Notes under the pieces: model-generated
Database searches by the model: none
Told to the model about the DNA's origin: nothing
What the model saw: only the letters and a program-made list of their open reading frames with translations
Shown here: piece after piece, positions 38,676 to 48,029 of the stretch
How positions within the stretch are numbered: position 1 is the stretch's first letter
Layout: each line of letters begins with the position of its first letter
Made by a program: the position numbers and the translations under genes
NCBI GenBank assembly: GCA_963787125.1
Contig: CAWBBV010000001.1
Location: 352,001 to 416,000, forward strand
Direction of reading: 5' to 3'
Length of the DNA stretch: 64,000 bases
DNA from: an uncultured delta proteobacterium
GTDB taxonomy: Bacteria; Desulfobacterota; Desulfuromonadia; Geobacterales; DSM-12255

Positions 38676-39490
38676 TCCGGTGTGCAGACCGGCCAATTCT
38701 GCAGGTATTGATCAAGGGCTTTACTGGTCGAGTTACCATCTTCAAGATCAACGGCTAATCGATGTCTCATCTGTTCACCAGGGACAGCAGACTCAGTCCA
38801 GAAGTAATCATTAGCAACCCCGTTAAAGCCGATCATATTGAAGTAGTCTGCCGGATAACCTTTACTCTTTTTCACGTTATACCCCGCTGCAGTCGCATAG
38901 GAAATTATGGTTTTTAACTCCTGCTCAAAGGGAATCCTCCATTCAGAACAACCGGCATATCTTTCTTCCTTAAGTCTTTTTACTACCCCTCTTGCTTTGC
39001 TGATTTTCACACCTTTGCCATCTTTTGACACCATTCGCAACCAGGATAAGCCGGTATTTTTATCACGGGCAACTAACTCCCCGAATATAAAAGGTGATTC
39101 TTTAAGATCTGGCGAAGCTGCCGGCGTTACGTTCACTTTTTGAAGCACTGGAGTGATCTTTACCACCGCATCCACACTCCAAGTTACCTCACCATCATAA
39201 CCGGAGGGGATATCAGTGAGGGTATCCCACACTATCCTTTTGCCGACCCCGGTTTTAACTTTATTGCCAAAGTCGCCTTTGAGAGTCAGCTTGTCAGCAT
39301 CATATTTTCGACCGGAAATGGTCAGGGAGACAGCTACTTCAGTTTCACGTTCCCCGATTTCTCCGCGGAGATCAAAGGTCGCAAAACCCTTGTCGCCGCT
39401 CTGGCCGACTTTGAGGTTACTAACCTCAGCAGCGATAACACCAGTTGGAATAACGAGAATCAGCGCTAATAAACAGATAATTATTTTCAT
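38672..39490 (-). CDS. Exported DUF1566-like protein, paralogue A
   Basis: Same architecture as paralogue B with long identical stretches (NLKVGQSGDKGFATFDL, RLAVDLEDGNST). Confidence 0.8.
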   Translation of the reverse strand: MKIIICLLALILVIPTGVIAAEVSNLKVGQSGDKGFATFDLRGEIGERETEVAVSLTISGRKYDADKLTLKGDFGNKVKTGVGKRIVWDTLTDIPSGYDGEVTWSVDAVVKITPVLQKVNVTPAASPDLKESPFIFGELVARDKNTGLSWLRMVSKDGKGVKISKARGVVKRLKEERYAGCSEWRIPFEQELKTIISYATAAGYNVKKSKGYPADYFNMIGFNGVANDYFWTESAVPGEQMRHRLAVDLEDGNSTSKALDQYLQNWPVCTPD

Positions 39491-39494
39491 GGAT

Positions 39495-40955
39495 CTACTT
39501 TTTCACAAAGATAAAATCGCCACTATCATGGCCCGAGTTGCGAATAACCTTGTACTCCGGTGTCTGCTGAGCCTTTCCGGACACAGCTTCACGGACTCTG
39601 TTGGTAAGCAGTTCCCCAGCGGTAAAGACAGAACGATCAGGGTTTTTAAGTGAATTAATCAGGACTTCTGCGAAAACTGAGTTCCCGTTACCACCGGAAT
39701 CGGCGACAGGCTCAATTCCGCCTGAAGAGATCAGAACCCGCGACGGTTTTTCCTGGAGTTTCCTTAAATAGTTATCGCGGCTGTCACCACCGAGAAGGTC
39801 GGCCTTGATCTCCCGTGAAATCGCCCCGGAATAACATGAATCAGCAATAATAAGAACCTGCTTCGCAGTTATCCGCTTCAGTTGATCTGTTATCCGTTTT
39901 GTATCAAGCCAGTTGGTGTCATCGGAGAGTTCGGCATCATACGGCAACCAGTAGGACGCATCCGTGACCTTATCCAGAATCCCGTGTCCGGCATAATAGA
40001 TTATCAACCGGTCAGCCGGCGTCAGTCTTGAACGGAGAGAGTTCAACTCCTTCAGGATTGCCGTGTCCGTAGCTTTTTCGTTCAGCAGCAGTCGTGTCTC
40101 GAAACCGTAAAGGTCACGGAGGACTTCTGCCATCTGTTCGGTATCTTTGACTGCGGTTTTCAGCGGGTCAATGTTTTTGTACCTGTTGATACCGATCAGT
40201 AGCGCATAATTCTTGCCTTTGACTTCGGGCAGCGGTTCATCTTTGGGGACCGCTGCAACCTTGCCTGCTGCCCGACTGACTGAAAACTTCTCGGTCGAGC
40301 GGTTCTTGAAAATGTCCACTGCTGTGATAGTAATATCATTCAAACCCGGCTTGAGCAGGAGTTCAGCGGAAAAATTGCCGTTCTCATCGAGTACCGCCGA
40401 CTGGCCATTGACGGTAACTGACGCCACACCGGATAAGTCTGCAGCTTTGCCGGTAACCAGCAGTGTCTCTCCGTGTGCAACTACCTTAACGCCTCGCTTA
40501 ACCTCAGGGGAGGTAACGGTTATAACAGGCGCCGTTGAATCCGTTTCTCTAAGCTCTGCCAACGCTTCCCTGAATATGCTGAATCGCTGGGAAGCAGTGT
40601 TGCGATAAATATCTGTAGCAAGCACAACGACCTGGTTCTCGCCAGGCCTCAGGAGAACTTCACCACTGAAGTTGCCGTTTTCATCAAGAGTTGCCGGTCG
40701 CCCGTTAAACGTGAGTCCGGATACACCGCTGGCATCAATTGCTTTTCCTGAGATGACGATAAAAGAGTCCCTGGTTCGGGCCTTGTTATCCTTTAGCAAC
40801 GGATTGCTGATAATGATGGCAGGAGGGGTAGTATCAAGAGCGGAGGCCGCTTCGTTCCTGGGCTGAACACCCATTCGGGTAGAAGCGGAGGCCGCGAATA
40901 CCGACTCGGTCAAAAGCAGTGACAGCAATAAAAGCTTTGCAACAAATCGCATCAT
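39495..40955 (-). CDS. Exported caspase-family (peptidase C14) protein with two N-terminal Ig-like repeats
   Basis: Signal-like N-terminus (MMRF...VFA); two DxT.P.I...G.N Ig-like units; YALLIGIN.Y, YYAGHG and ADSCYSG His-Cys dyad, QTPEY, GDFIF. Confidence 0.88.
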   Translation of the reverse strand: MMRFVAKLLLLSLLLTESVFAASASTRMGVQPRNEAASALDTTPPAIIISNPLLKDNKARTRDSFIVISGKAIDASGVSGLTFNGRPATLDENGNFSGEVLLRPGENQVVVLATDIYRNTASQRFSIFREALAELRETDSTAPVITVTSPEVKRGVKVVAHGETLLVTGKAADLSGVASVTVNGQSAVLDENGNFSAELLLKPGLNDITITAVDIFKNRSTEKFSVSRAAGKVAAVPKDEPLPEVKGKNYALLIGINRYKNIDPLKTAVKDTEQMAEVLRDLYGFETRLLLNEKATDTAILKELNSLRSRLTPADRLIIYYAGHGILDKVTDASYWLPYDAELSDDTNWLDTKRITDQLKRITAKQVLIIADSCYSGAISREIKADLLGGDSRDNYLRKLQEKPSRVLISSGGIEPVADSGGNGNSVFAEVLINSLKNPDRSVFTAGELLTNRVREAVSGKAQQTPEYKVIRNSGHDSGDFIFVKK

Positions 40956-41124
40956 GATCTCCCTGACCCACATCTGCAGGTTAAGTGCAACAACGAAAGT
41001 AAACAGGCAGAATAGTAATCTATTCCAGATATAATTCAAATCATTAAAACAGCAGCCTGTTCTATTTTAACTGCGTGAAAAGCGGTAAAGATCACTTTTT
41101 TGAGAATTTTATGCTCTAACGTAA

Positions 41125-41370
41125 ACCATCAACCGCAAGGATTTCGGTTTGACCTGAAACGCAGCGCTTGAAAGCGGCGGAGTTGTTGTTGGTTACGAGG
41201 TGAAGATCATTCTTGAGATCGAACTGATAAAGGTGAAGGACTAGTAGCAGTCCGGCGCTACGGTACAGGCAAAAAAGGGAGCGACCGATTAGGCGCCCCC
41301 TTTTTTTTGTTGCAGGTAACTTTCGAATTTTTCAAATAGCCAGCTATTTCCCCATATCGTGAGGCACAAC
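41125..41370 (+). repeat. Direct repeat copy 2 (yceI 3' pseudo-fragment + terminator + real 3' end of giant gene)
   Basis: yceI codons retained but TGG->TGA at 41155-41157; terminator at 41271-41308. Confidence 0.92.
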
Positions 41371-44300
41371 AACCGTTGTTGATCTGGTTGTTCGGTTCCC
41401 TGCCTGATCCGACACCACCGCAGTTATGGTGTAAACCCTGCCGTCCAGATCATTACCTTCCCGCCACGCCTCCAGCAGCACCGTATCGCCGAATTTAAGC
41501 CCCTGCAGATTGTATTTACCGTACTCATCGGCAACGGAAATGGTCACATCTTTTATATCAGAGCCAAAGGTTGTCACACTACCGGCAATAACTACCGGCA
41601 TCAGCTTCTTGTTCGGCGGCCAGAGAGTCTGCCGGGAAACGCTGACAGACACTTCCGGTGCTTTCGGCACATAAAGAATCGTGGCGGCGGCTGTTGTCTT
41701 GTTGCCTGCCAGATCGTATGCCACAGCCAGCAAACGGTTCTCCCCCTGCGCAAGGCCGCTGATGGGGGCGCGCCAGGTAGTGCCGGCCGGATACTCCACT
41801 GCACCGGCTGTGGCGGTAGCGCAGCTAACGGTTACTGCTATCCCGTTTTCTCTGGTGCCGCTTATAGTCTGGGCTGAGCCGTTCGTCGGCGTAACAACCG
41901 GGTCGATGGTCAGGTTCGGCGGGGTTTTGTCGAAAATGACATTCCTCTGCACGGAGGTCTGCGTTCCCACCTCATTGCTGGCGGTAACGGTTATCGGGTA
42001 GAGCTTTTCGTCTGTGAAGCTGACAATCTGGGAGAAAATACCATCTATCACTGCCGGAGCCATCACATTGCCGTCCATGGCAACAGTAACGCCTACAGCG
42101 GTGTAAGGATCGGAAGCTTTGCCGCTGAGCGTCAGGCTGCTTTTGTTGGTACGGATATCCTGATCCGGTGCGGTTATTGCCAGAGACGGCTTCTGGTCGT
42201 CGAACAGCACGCTCCGCTTCTGGCTGCTCGGGTTACCGGCCAGGTCGGTGGCGGTTATTTCGATGGTGTTCCAGCGGGGTTCGAGTGTTATCGAGGCGGA
42301 GAAGCGGTTGCCATCCATGATCACCGGCTGGATGACTCCATTCAGCTTGGCGGTAACGGTTGAGGTTTCATCCACACCACCCTTGACTTCGATTGGAGAG
42401 GTGGATGTTTTGCTGTTGTCAGCCGGGGTGTCTATGGTTAGGGTTGGCGCGTTCTGGTCAAAGTGAATGGTGCGGCTGTCAACTGCCGTGTTACCGGCCA
42501 AGTCGATGGCATTGACCTCGACAGGATTATCAGCCTTAGTGAGCAACAGCGCCTGGCTGAAAGAGCCGTCAGCGGCAACCGGCACGCTGACGCCGTTGAT
42601 CTCCACCTGGGCGGAGCCGGAGTTGTCCTGCACAGTTCCGGAGACATTAAGGGTTTCCTGATTGGTATAGCTGTTGTTACTCAGGGTTGAGACGGTAAGA
42701 GTCGGGGGAATAGTGTCCTTGATGGTGAACTTGGACCGGGCAACGGCGCTATCGCCGGCTGCCGAGACAAAGCCGAGGAGCAGGTCGTAACCCTTTATCT
42801 CCAATCCGGTGAGCGGGAAGATGAACGTGCCTGCCTTGCTTCCGGCAACCGGCAGCTGTAGAGGGCTTTCCTGGAGAACCTTGGAGATTCCGCTTTGCGG
42901 GTCCCTGATGACCCCTTGCAACTTGCCGTCAAGCGGCACATTGCCGCTGTTGCTGATGGTGTAGAGCGCTTCAAGTGAACTATCCTGAGGGATCTCGGCC
43001 ATAACCGGCCCAATGCTGCCTGATAGTGACGTAGTCGGCACAATGGTAAATGAGGTTGTTGTTGTGGCAAGTTCCGTTGTGCCGCCAACAAGCCGGGCTG
43101 CGACCGTAAAAGTAGTTGGCAGAGTGATGCCGCTGTTCCAGACTTCTGACAGGGTGATGACCGATGCAGGGGCGATGGTTGCGACTCCCCTGTCCGGCAG
43201 ATCGATGATCAAGCCGGATGCAGCGGTCAGGCGCAGCTTCAGGGTGCTGTTTTCCAGAGGGAGGTTCGCTGTCAGATTGGCAAGGCTGACCGTGATTGCC
43301 GCAGCCTCATTGGCAGCGTAAGCGTTTTTGCCGGTTAAAACCGCAAGGCTTGAAGAAGGTAACGAGACAGCAGTCATCCCCCGGTTGTTCCCTTCGATGA
43401 ACTCGACAACGCTGTTGTCGCAATCGGCAAGAGCGAACAGCAGATGGTCGCCGCTCTTGCCGAGCGTATTCCAGGTATAGGGAAGCGTCACCGAGCTCCC
43501 GGCAGGGATGGACGGCACGCTCAGGGTTGTCAGAAGCCCGCCGCCAGTTGCAGGATCGCCGTCGTACAGGGCGGCGCTGCTGGCCGCCGCAGCGGTTTTA
43601 CCCTGATTGTTGACCGTTACCAGAATGGTCATGCTGCTGCCGACCGGAGAGTTGACAGCTACCCTGGCGGTGAGATCAGGCAGGCTGCTGCCGTAGGTAA
43701 AACGTGTCTCCCTGGCAGATGTGAGCCCGCCGACGGTCAGAACCCCCTTCAAGGTATGGAGGCCCGGCGACAGGCTTGCCGCAGGGATGGCCAACGTGTA
43801 GCTTCCCATGCCGTTCAGAGTCACACTGCCGGTATTGATACTCGCACCATCCAGAAATAATTCGATCCCCGCAGCGGTTGTGCCGTACAGATCAGCCTTG
43901 ACAGTTACCGGAGTAGTGACTTCAGGGTAGTCGCTTTTGTCGGTGGCCAGAGAAAGCAGCACCGCTTCGCCGATGTCGAACGCCTTGGCTCCGGAGGCGA
44001 GAAGGAGATCATCCTGGTAGATGCCGTAGACCAGTTTGTGAATCCCCAGAGAGGCGGTTGCGAGTTGGGAGTTTTGAGTTGCAAGTAAAGGCGCAGCGGC
44101 TGTCAGCGCGGCATTGCCGCTTCCGGCTTCAGTGTATACTCCTGCCGGGTCAACGATCCAGGTTCTGATGGTCGCGGCCAGATCGATGTTGCTCTCGATG
44201 GTGAGAGCGAGCTGCATGGTGTCGGTTGCAACATATTTTGTCTTGTCCAGCAGAGCCTCTTTGACCTTCACCTGGATTCCGGCCACGTCGAACGGGTAAG

Positions 44301-47300
44301 AGGCAGTTATGAGTTGTGAGTTTTGAGTTTTGAGTTGGGCATTAAGCTTATAGGTGCCGGCGGTCATGGTTGCGGGGAGGGTGAAGCTTTTGGTTTCAGA
44401 GCCGCTGTAGGCGAAGGTGGTGGTGAAGTCACCGGGGCCGGTCAGAGTCAGGTCGCCGCTGGCGCTCCCCGAAATGGCGGCAGTTACCGTGTCTCCAGGG
44501 TTGTAGAGCTGCTTGTCGGTTGCAAGCGCCAGGACCGCGTCAATCTTGTGAATGTAGATAGTGTTCAGGTGGATGGAGCGCCCCGATTCGGAATAGATGC
44601 CGTAGAAAAGCTTTTCGCCGGTTATCTGGGTCAGCGGCACGTTGAAGACGAGTGTCTGGCTGCCGTTTAAGGTAAAGCTCTGTTTCTCGTTGGAGCCGTT
44701 GTAGTTGACCCTGGCAAAGAGGCCGGGGGCTGCGCCCGCATCTTGTTGGGTTACATTCAGGGTAAGGGTGGCGGTTTCGCCTGGAGCATAACCCGCCTTG
44801 TCGAGGGTAGCTGTTACTGTCAGATTGAGTCCCAGAAGACGGTATTTCACCGTTCCCAGTTCCCTGTTCACAGATCCCGCCTTCAGGTTGTACGAGGCAA
44901 AGTAGTCCTTCTCTTCCAGGTCGTTGGCTGTCTGCAGGGCAAAGGCGATCTCCTTCTCTTCCCCCGGCTTCAGCCATTCAGAGCGAGTGGCGTTGACCAG
45001 GTCGTCGGCCTTGAAAGAGAGTTCGAAGACACCTTCCTGATTGCCGCTGTTCTTTACCTTGAAGGTGAAATCCGAGCTGCCGCCGGAGGGGATGGTACGG
45101 TACTGGGGCAACTGGCTGATGGTTATGGTCGGCCCAAGGAGATTGAACGGCGTTGTTCGTGAGGCCAGTTCTCTGTTGCCGGTATCGAGGAGTTCGGCCC
45201 TGATTGTGTAGGCTCCCTGTTTGAGGGGCGCAAGGTAAATATTGAAAGCAAGGCTATTCGGGACAGGTAGCAGCGCTTGGGGCAGAGTGACCTCCTGCAC
45301 CGAACTCCAGACAGCCGCACCGTTGGAGTCGATCAGGGAGAGGCGGACGCTCCCCTCTATGGACAGATAACCAAGATTGGTGACATTGACAGTCGCCGGG
45401 AGGAGGCTGGCGCTCTGCGCTCCGACGGCCAGGGTCAGCTCTGCTTTGGTCTCCTTCCTGACCTGAAAGGTGGCCGCTATTCCGGCGGCAGGCTTCAGGC
45501 TGGTTGCCGCAAGCTGGTAGCTCCCTTCGGTGAGGTCATAGATTATGGTGTCGGCGCTGCTTCCCCCTTTAGCCAGGAAGTAGCTCTTTGCCTGCTGACT
45601 GATGGGGCTTGTCCCCTGATTCAGTTGATAGTTGATCGTAAACAGGTTATCGATGAGGCCGCTGTTGGTGATGGAAAGGGGCAGGGAGACCTTCCCTTCC
45701 GGGTAGAGCGCCTGGGGTGCAGCGGTCAGGGCGACTGCCGGACCGTATTTGAACGCTTTGGTGATCGTTTGCGTCAGGTCGCCGGAGAGGGTGAAGCTGT
45801 CGGTAGTGTCGGCGCTTATCTGTCGGCTGTACTGGAGTAGTTTCGTCTGCCCGGCAGGAATGGTAACGGTTTCGGGCTGCTGATCGAATGATTTGCCAAC
45901 AGTGATTACTGCCTCGACCTTGCCGCTGTTTTTGAGTTCAAGACCGATGGCGAACGGATCGTTAGCAGCAATGTCAGGCGCTGTCAGCGTAGCGGTTACT
46001 TTGGGGCTGGCAACTTCGTACTGGTCGGCGATTTGCGCCAGGGTCAAGGCGTTCTGCGTAACTGCACCGTTAAGGGCGAAAGCGCCCTCTGCTCCTGCCG
46101 TGGTGATAATGCTGAACGGTCTGCTTCCGTTTGCGGGGATGGTAAAGGTAGCGTTATAAAGCGCCTGCTCTGCGCCACCGGTCGGCTTCCCTTTAAGGTT
46201 GAGAGTGAGGTTAGCCGCCTCGGTCGTGGCAAAGTTCTTCACTTCGCCGCTGATAGTGACTGTCTCGCCCGGCTTGTAGATTCGCTTGTCAGTGGTGAAG
46301 CTGAGCAGCGTGTTCCCTTGTGCCACAAAGAACGGGTACTCTGCCGCTGCGACGCTCTGGCCGGTGCTGGAGGTGAGAGTTCCCTGGAGGTAATACTTCC
46401 CGGCAGAACCGATAGTGCCGATGATATTGCTTAGGTTGGTTGTCGCGCTCGGCGCCAGGTTGGTCGGGACATCAGCCTGCCAGATTATGTCGCCGGGGTT
46501 GTCGCCATAGGTGACAGATATGTCATGGAGCAGCGGGGTAATGTTGGTGTCGCTTGTCTCCAGCGTTGCCTCCACTTCGATCCATCTGCCAGACGGACTT
46601 GTGACCGGCGCACCGCTGGCGGTATAATAGTCGCTCCAGGATGAGGTGTCGAGGCTGGTTTCGTCAGCAGCGGTACGAGTGCGGAACCGGATCGACGTCT
46701 GCACGGGTTGGGTAGTTGAAAACATAATACTTCCCCACTTAGTGCCCGGCACTCCTGAGTCCTGCTTCAGATTAAGTGTTCCGTTGTCGGAATACGTGCC
46801 TGTGTTGGTATAGAAGCTGTCGATATCCGTCTTTACGGCTGGGCTGTTTGCATTAGTAAGCGTGTAAAGCTTTATGGTTATCGGATTAGTCGACATTCTA
46901 CTTTCGGAAAATATATTGGCCCATTGCTCTCCAAGCAAATAATCTGTGAATCCGGTGGTTCCTTCCTTCCGGACACGGAATGAACCGGCGCCTGAAGTGT
47001 ATGCCACCTGACTGCCCGGGAAGTAGTTCCACCCATTTACAAAGGAAATACCCTGAACAGTCTGGCCACCACCTAAGGAACTGACAGTGGAACTTCGATA
47101 AAGGTAGAATCCGGATAGTCCATCTGTTGCCAAGATCTGGTATGATCCCCAATTGCTCATGGCAGGTAGAGCGGAAAAGTTCCTTGTTTTTGATACAGCG
47201 CTGAAATCGCCCTTCAATGGCGCGCGAAGATCAAGTCCATGCCATACTGAAGCTGCGTTGCTCGTCAGATGAAAAACACCGGAAGATTCATCTGCGTCGC

Positions 47301-47967
47301 TTTTTCCCCATAAATTCCACCTATCCCTATTCAATATGCCGTCATCAAAATTGTCGTTGAGCGGCAGCAGTCTTACCGAATCAACAGTCTGGTTCTCGGT
47401 CTTGATCCGACCGGAGTTGACTTTGAAGTTGTCAAAGGCAGCGCTTGCTCCACCAGCCCCTCTATAGACATACATGACAACTGAAGGCGTGTCAGCTATT
47501 TGTGGGCTGCTATAATTGACCAGTTGCGTCCATCCGTTACCGTTCCAGAAATAAGTATCTATGGTTGTACCGGTACGAACCACTCTGAAGCGGCCTGACT
47601 GTGAATAATTTCCTGCGTTGGCTAATCCGACAGTCCCTCCACTAAGCTGAACCCCGCTGATATAGCCTTCATTCTGAGTATTTTTTATGAATATCCAGTT
47701 TAAACCGGAACCGATTCCAAACTCGGCTCCTTGATTGGAAACGCTGATATTCTGACTGAAATCCACCTGAATATCAAAGTCTCCTTCAAGCTGCCATTTA
47801 CTAGTCATAGATGATTGTACCGCGGTACTATTGATGTTAGCAGTTCCCGATTGCGCAGTAACATTACCAACGATTGTCCATTTATCCTGATCGATATTTC
47901 CCTTCTCAAAATCATCATCCGGAATAATCCAGTCATTGACGCCGTAAGTATCCACTCCGTTCCGCAC
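41344..47967 (-). CDS. Giant surface protein, C-terminal part (lectin-like pair, Ig-like/CARDB repeats, LWPPN...GRVY...VPHD end)
   Basis: 2207-aa ORF without its own signal peptide; frame stays open upstream of the called start; CARDB-like LPDL...V.NQG...E..EGNN; DT.PP Ig repeats. Confidence 0.85.
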   Translation of the reverse strand: MRNGVDTYGVNDWIIPDDDFEKGNIDQDKWTIVGNVTAQSGTANINSTAVQSSMTSKWQLEGDFDIQVDFSQNISVSNQGAEFGIGSGLNWIFIKNTQNEGYISGVQLSGGTVGLANAGNYSQSGRFRVVRTGTTIDTYFWNGNGWTQLVNYSSPQIADTPSVVMYVYRGAGGASAAFDNFKVNSGRIKTENQTVDSVRLLPLNDNFDDGILNRDRWNLWGKSDADESSGVFHLTSNAASVWHGLDLRAPLKGDFSAVSKTRNFSALPAMSNWGSYQILATDGLSGFYLYRSSTVSSLGGGQTVQGISFVNGWNYFPGSQVAYTSGAGSFRVRKEGTTGFTDYLLGEQWANIFSESRMSTNPITIKLYTLTNANSPAVKTDIDSFYTNTGTYSDNGTLNLKQDSGVPGTKWGSIMFSTTQPVQTSIRFRTRTAADETSLDTSSWSDYYTASGAPVTSPSGRWIEVEATLETSDTNITPLLHDISVTYGDNPGDIIWQADVPTNLAPSATTNLSNIIGTIGSAGKYYLQGTLTSSTGQSVAAAEYPFFVAQGNTLLSFTTDKRIYKPGETVTISGEVKNFATTEAANLTLNLKGKPTGGAEQALYNATFTIPANGSRPFSIITTAGAEGAFALNGAVTQNALTLAQIADQYEVASPKVTATLTAPDIAANDPFAIGLELKNSGKVEAVITVGKSFDQQPETVTIPAGQTKLLQYSRQISADTTDSFTLSGDLTQTITKAFKYGPAVALTAAPQALYPEGKVSLPLSITNSGLIDNLFTINYQLNQGTSPISQQAKSYFLAKGGSSADTIIYDLTEGSYQLAATSLKPAAGIAATFQVRKETKAELTLAVGAQSASLLPATVNVTNLGYLSIEGSVRLSLIDSNGAAVWSSVQEVTLPQALLPVPNSLAFNIYLAPLKQGAYTIRAELLDTGNRELASRTTPFNLLGPTITISQLPQYRTIPSGGSSDFTFKVKNSGNQEGVFELSFKADDLVNATRSEWLKPGEEKEIAFALQTANDLEEKDYFASYNLKAGSVNRELGTVKYRLLGLNLTVTATLDKAGYAPGETATLTLNVTQQDAGAAPGLFARVNYNGSNEKQSFTLNGSQTLVFNVPLTQITGEKLFYGIYSESGRSIHLNTIYIHKIDAVLALATDKQLYNPGDTVTAAISGSASGDLTLTGPGDFTTTFAYSGSETKSFTLPATMTAGTYKLNAQLKTQNSQLITASYPFDVAGIQVKVKEALLDKTKYVATDTMQLALTIESNIDLAATIRTWIVDPAGVYTEAGSGNAALTAAAPLLATQNSQLATASLGIHKLVYGIYQDDLLLASGAKAFDIGEAVLLSLATDKSDYPEVTTPVTVKADLYGTTAAGIELFLDGASINTGSVTLNGMGSYTLAIPAASLSPGLHTLKGVLTVGGLTSARETRFTYGSSLPDLTARVAVNSPVGSSMTILVTVNNQGKTAAAASSAALYDGDPATGGGLLTTLSVPSIPAGSSVTLPYTWNTLGKSGDHLLFALADCDNSVVEFIEGNNRGMTAVSLPSSSLAVLTGKNAYAANEAAAITVSLANLTANLPLENSTLKLRLTAASGLIIDLPDRGVATIAPASVITLSEVWNSGITLPTTFTVAARLVGGTTELATTTTSFTIVPTTSLSGSIGPVMAEIPQDSSLEALYTISNSGNVPLDGKLQGVIRDPQSGISKVLQESPLQLPVAGSKAGTFIFPLTGLEIKGYDLLLGFVSAAGDSAVARSKFTIKDTIPPTLTVSTLSNNSYTNQETLNVSGTVQDNSGSAQVEINGVSVPVAADGSFSQALLLTKADNPVEVNAIDLAGNTAVDSRTIHFDQNAPTLTIDTPADNSKTSTSPIEVKGGVDETSTVTAKLNGVIQPVIMDGNRFSASITLEPRWNTIEITATDLAGNPSSQKRSVLFDDQKPSLAITAPDQDIRTNKSSLTLSGKASDPYTAVGVTVAMDGNVMAPAVIDGIFSQIVSFTDEKLYPITVTASNEVGTQTSVQRNVIFDKTPPNLTIDPVVTPTNGSAQTISGTRENGIAVTVSCATATAGAVEYPAGTTWRAPISGLAQGENRLLAVAYDLAGNKTTAAATILYVPKAPEVSVSVSRQTLWPPNKKLMPVVIAGSVTTFGSDIKDVTISVADEYGKYNLQGLKFGDTVLLEAWREGNDLDGRVYTITAVVSDQAGNRTTRSTTVVVPHDMGK

Positions 47968-48029
47968 ACCCTGCTGGAAGTCGAACTGGCTGGTCCAGGT
48001 CTTCCGCTGCAGGTTGCCGCCAGCGGTGG

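Noticed and set aside
37761..39490. Complete diversity-generating retroelement (VR/TR pair)
   Set aside because: Both copies are full genes, differences are not adenine-restricted, and no reverse transcriptase or avd gene is in the window.
37501..41370. Prophage or integrase-driven island
   Set aside because: No integrase, phage or conjugation genes; the repeats are long and diverged, unlike typical att cores.
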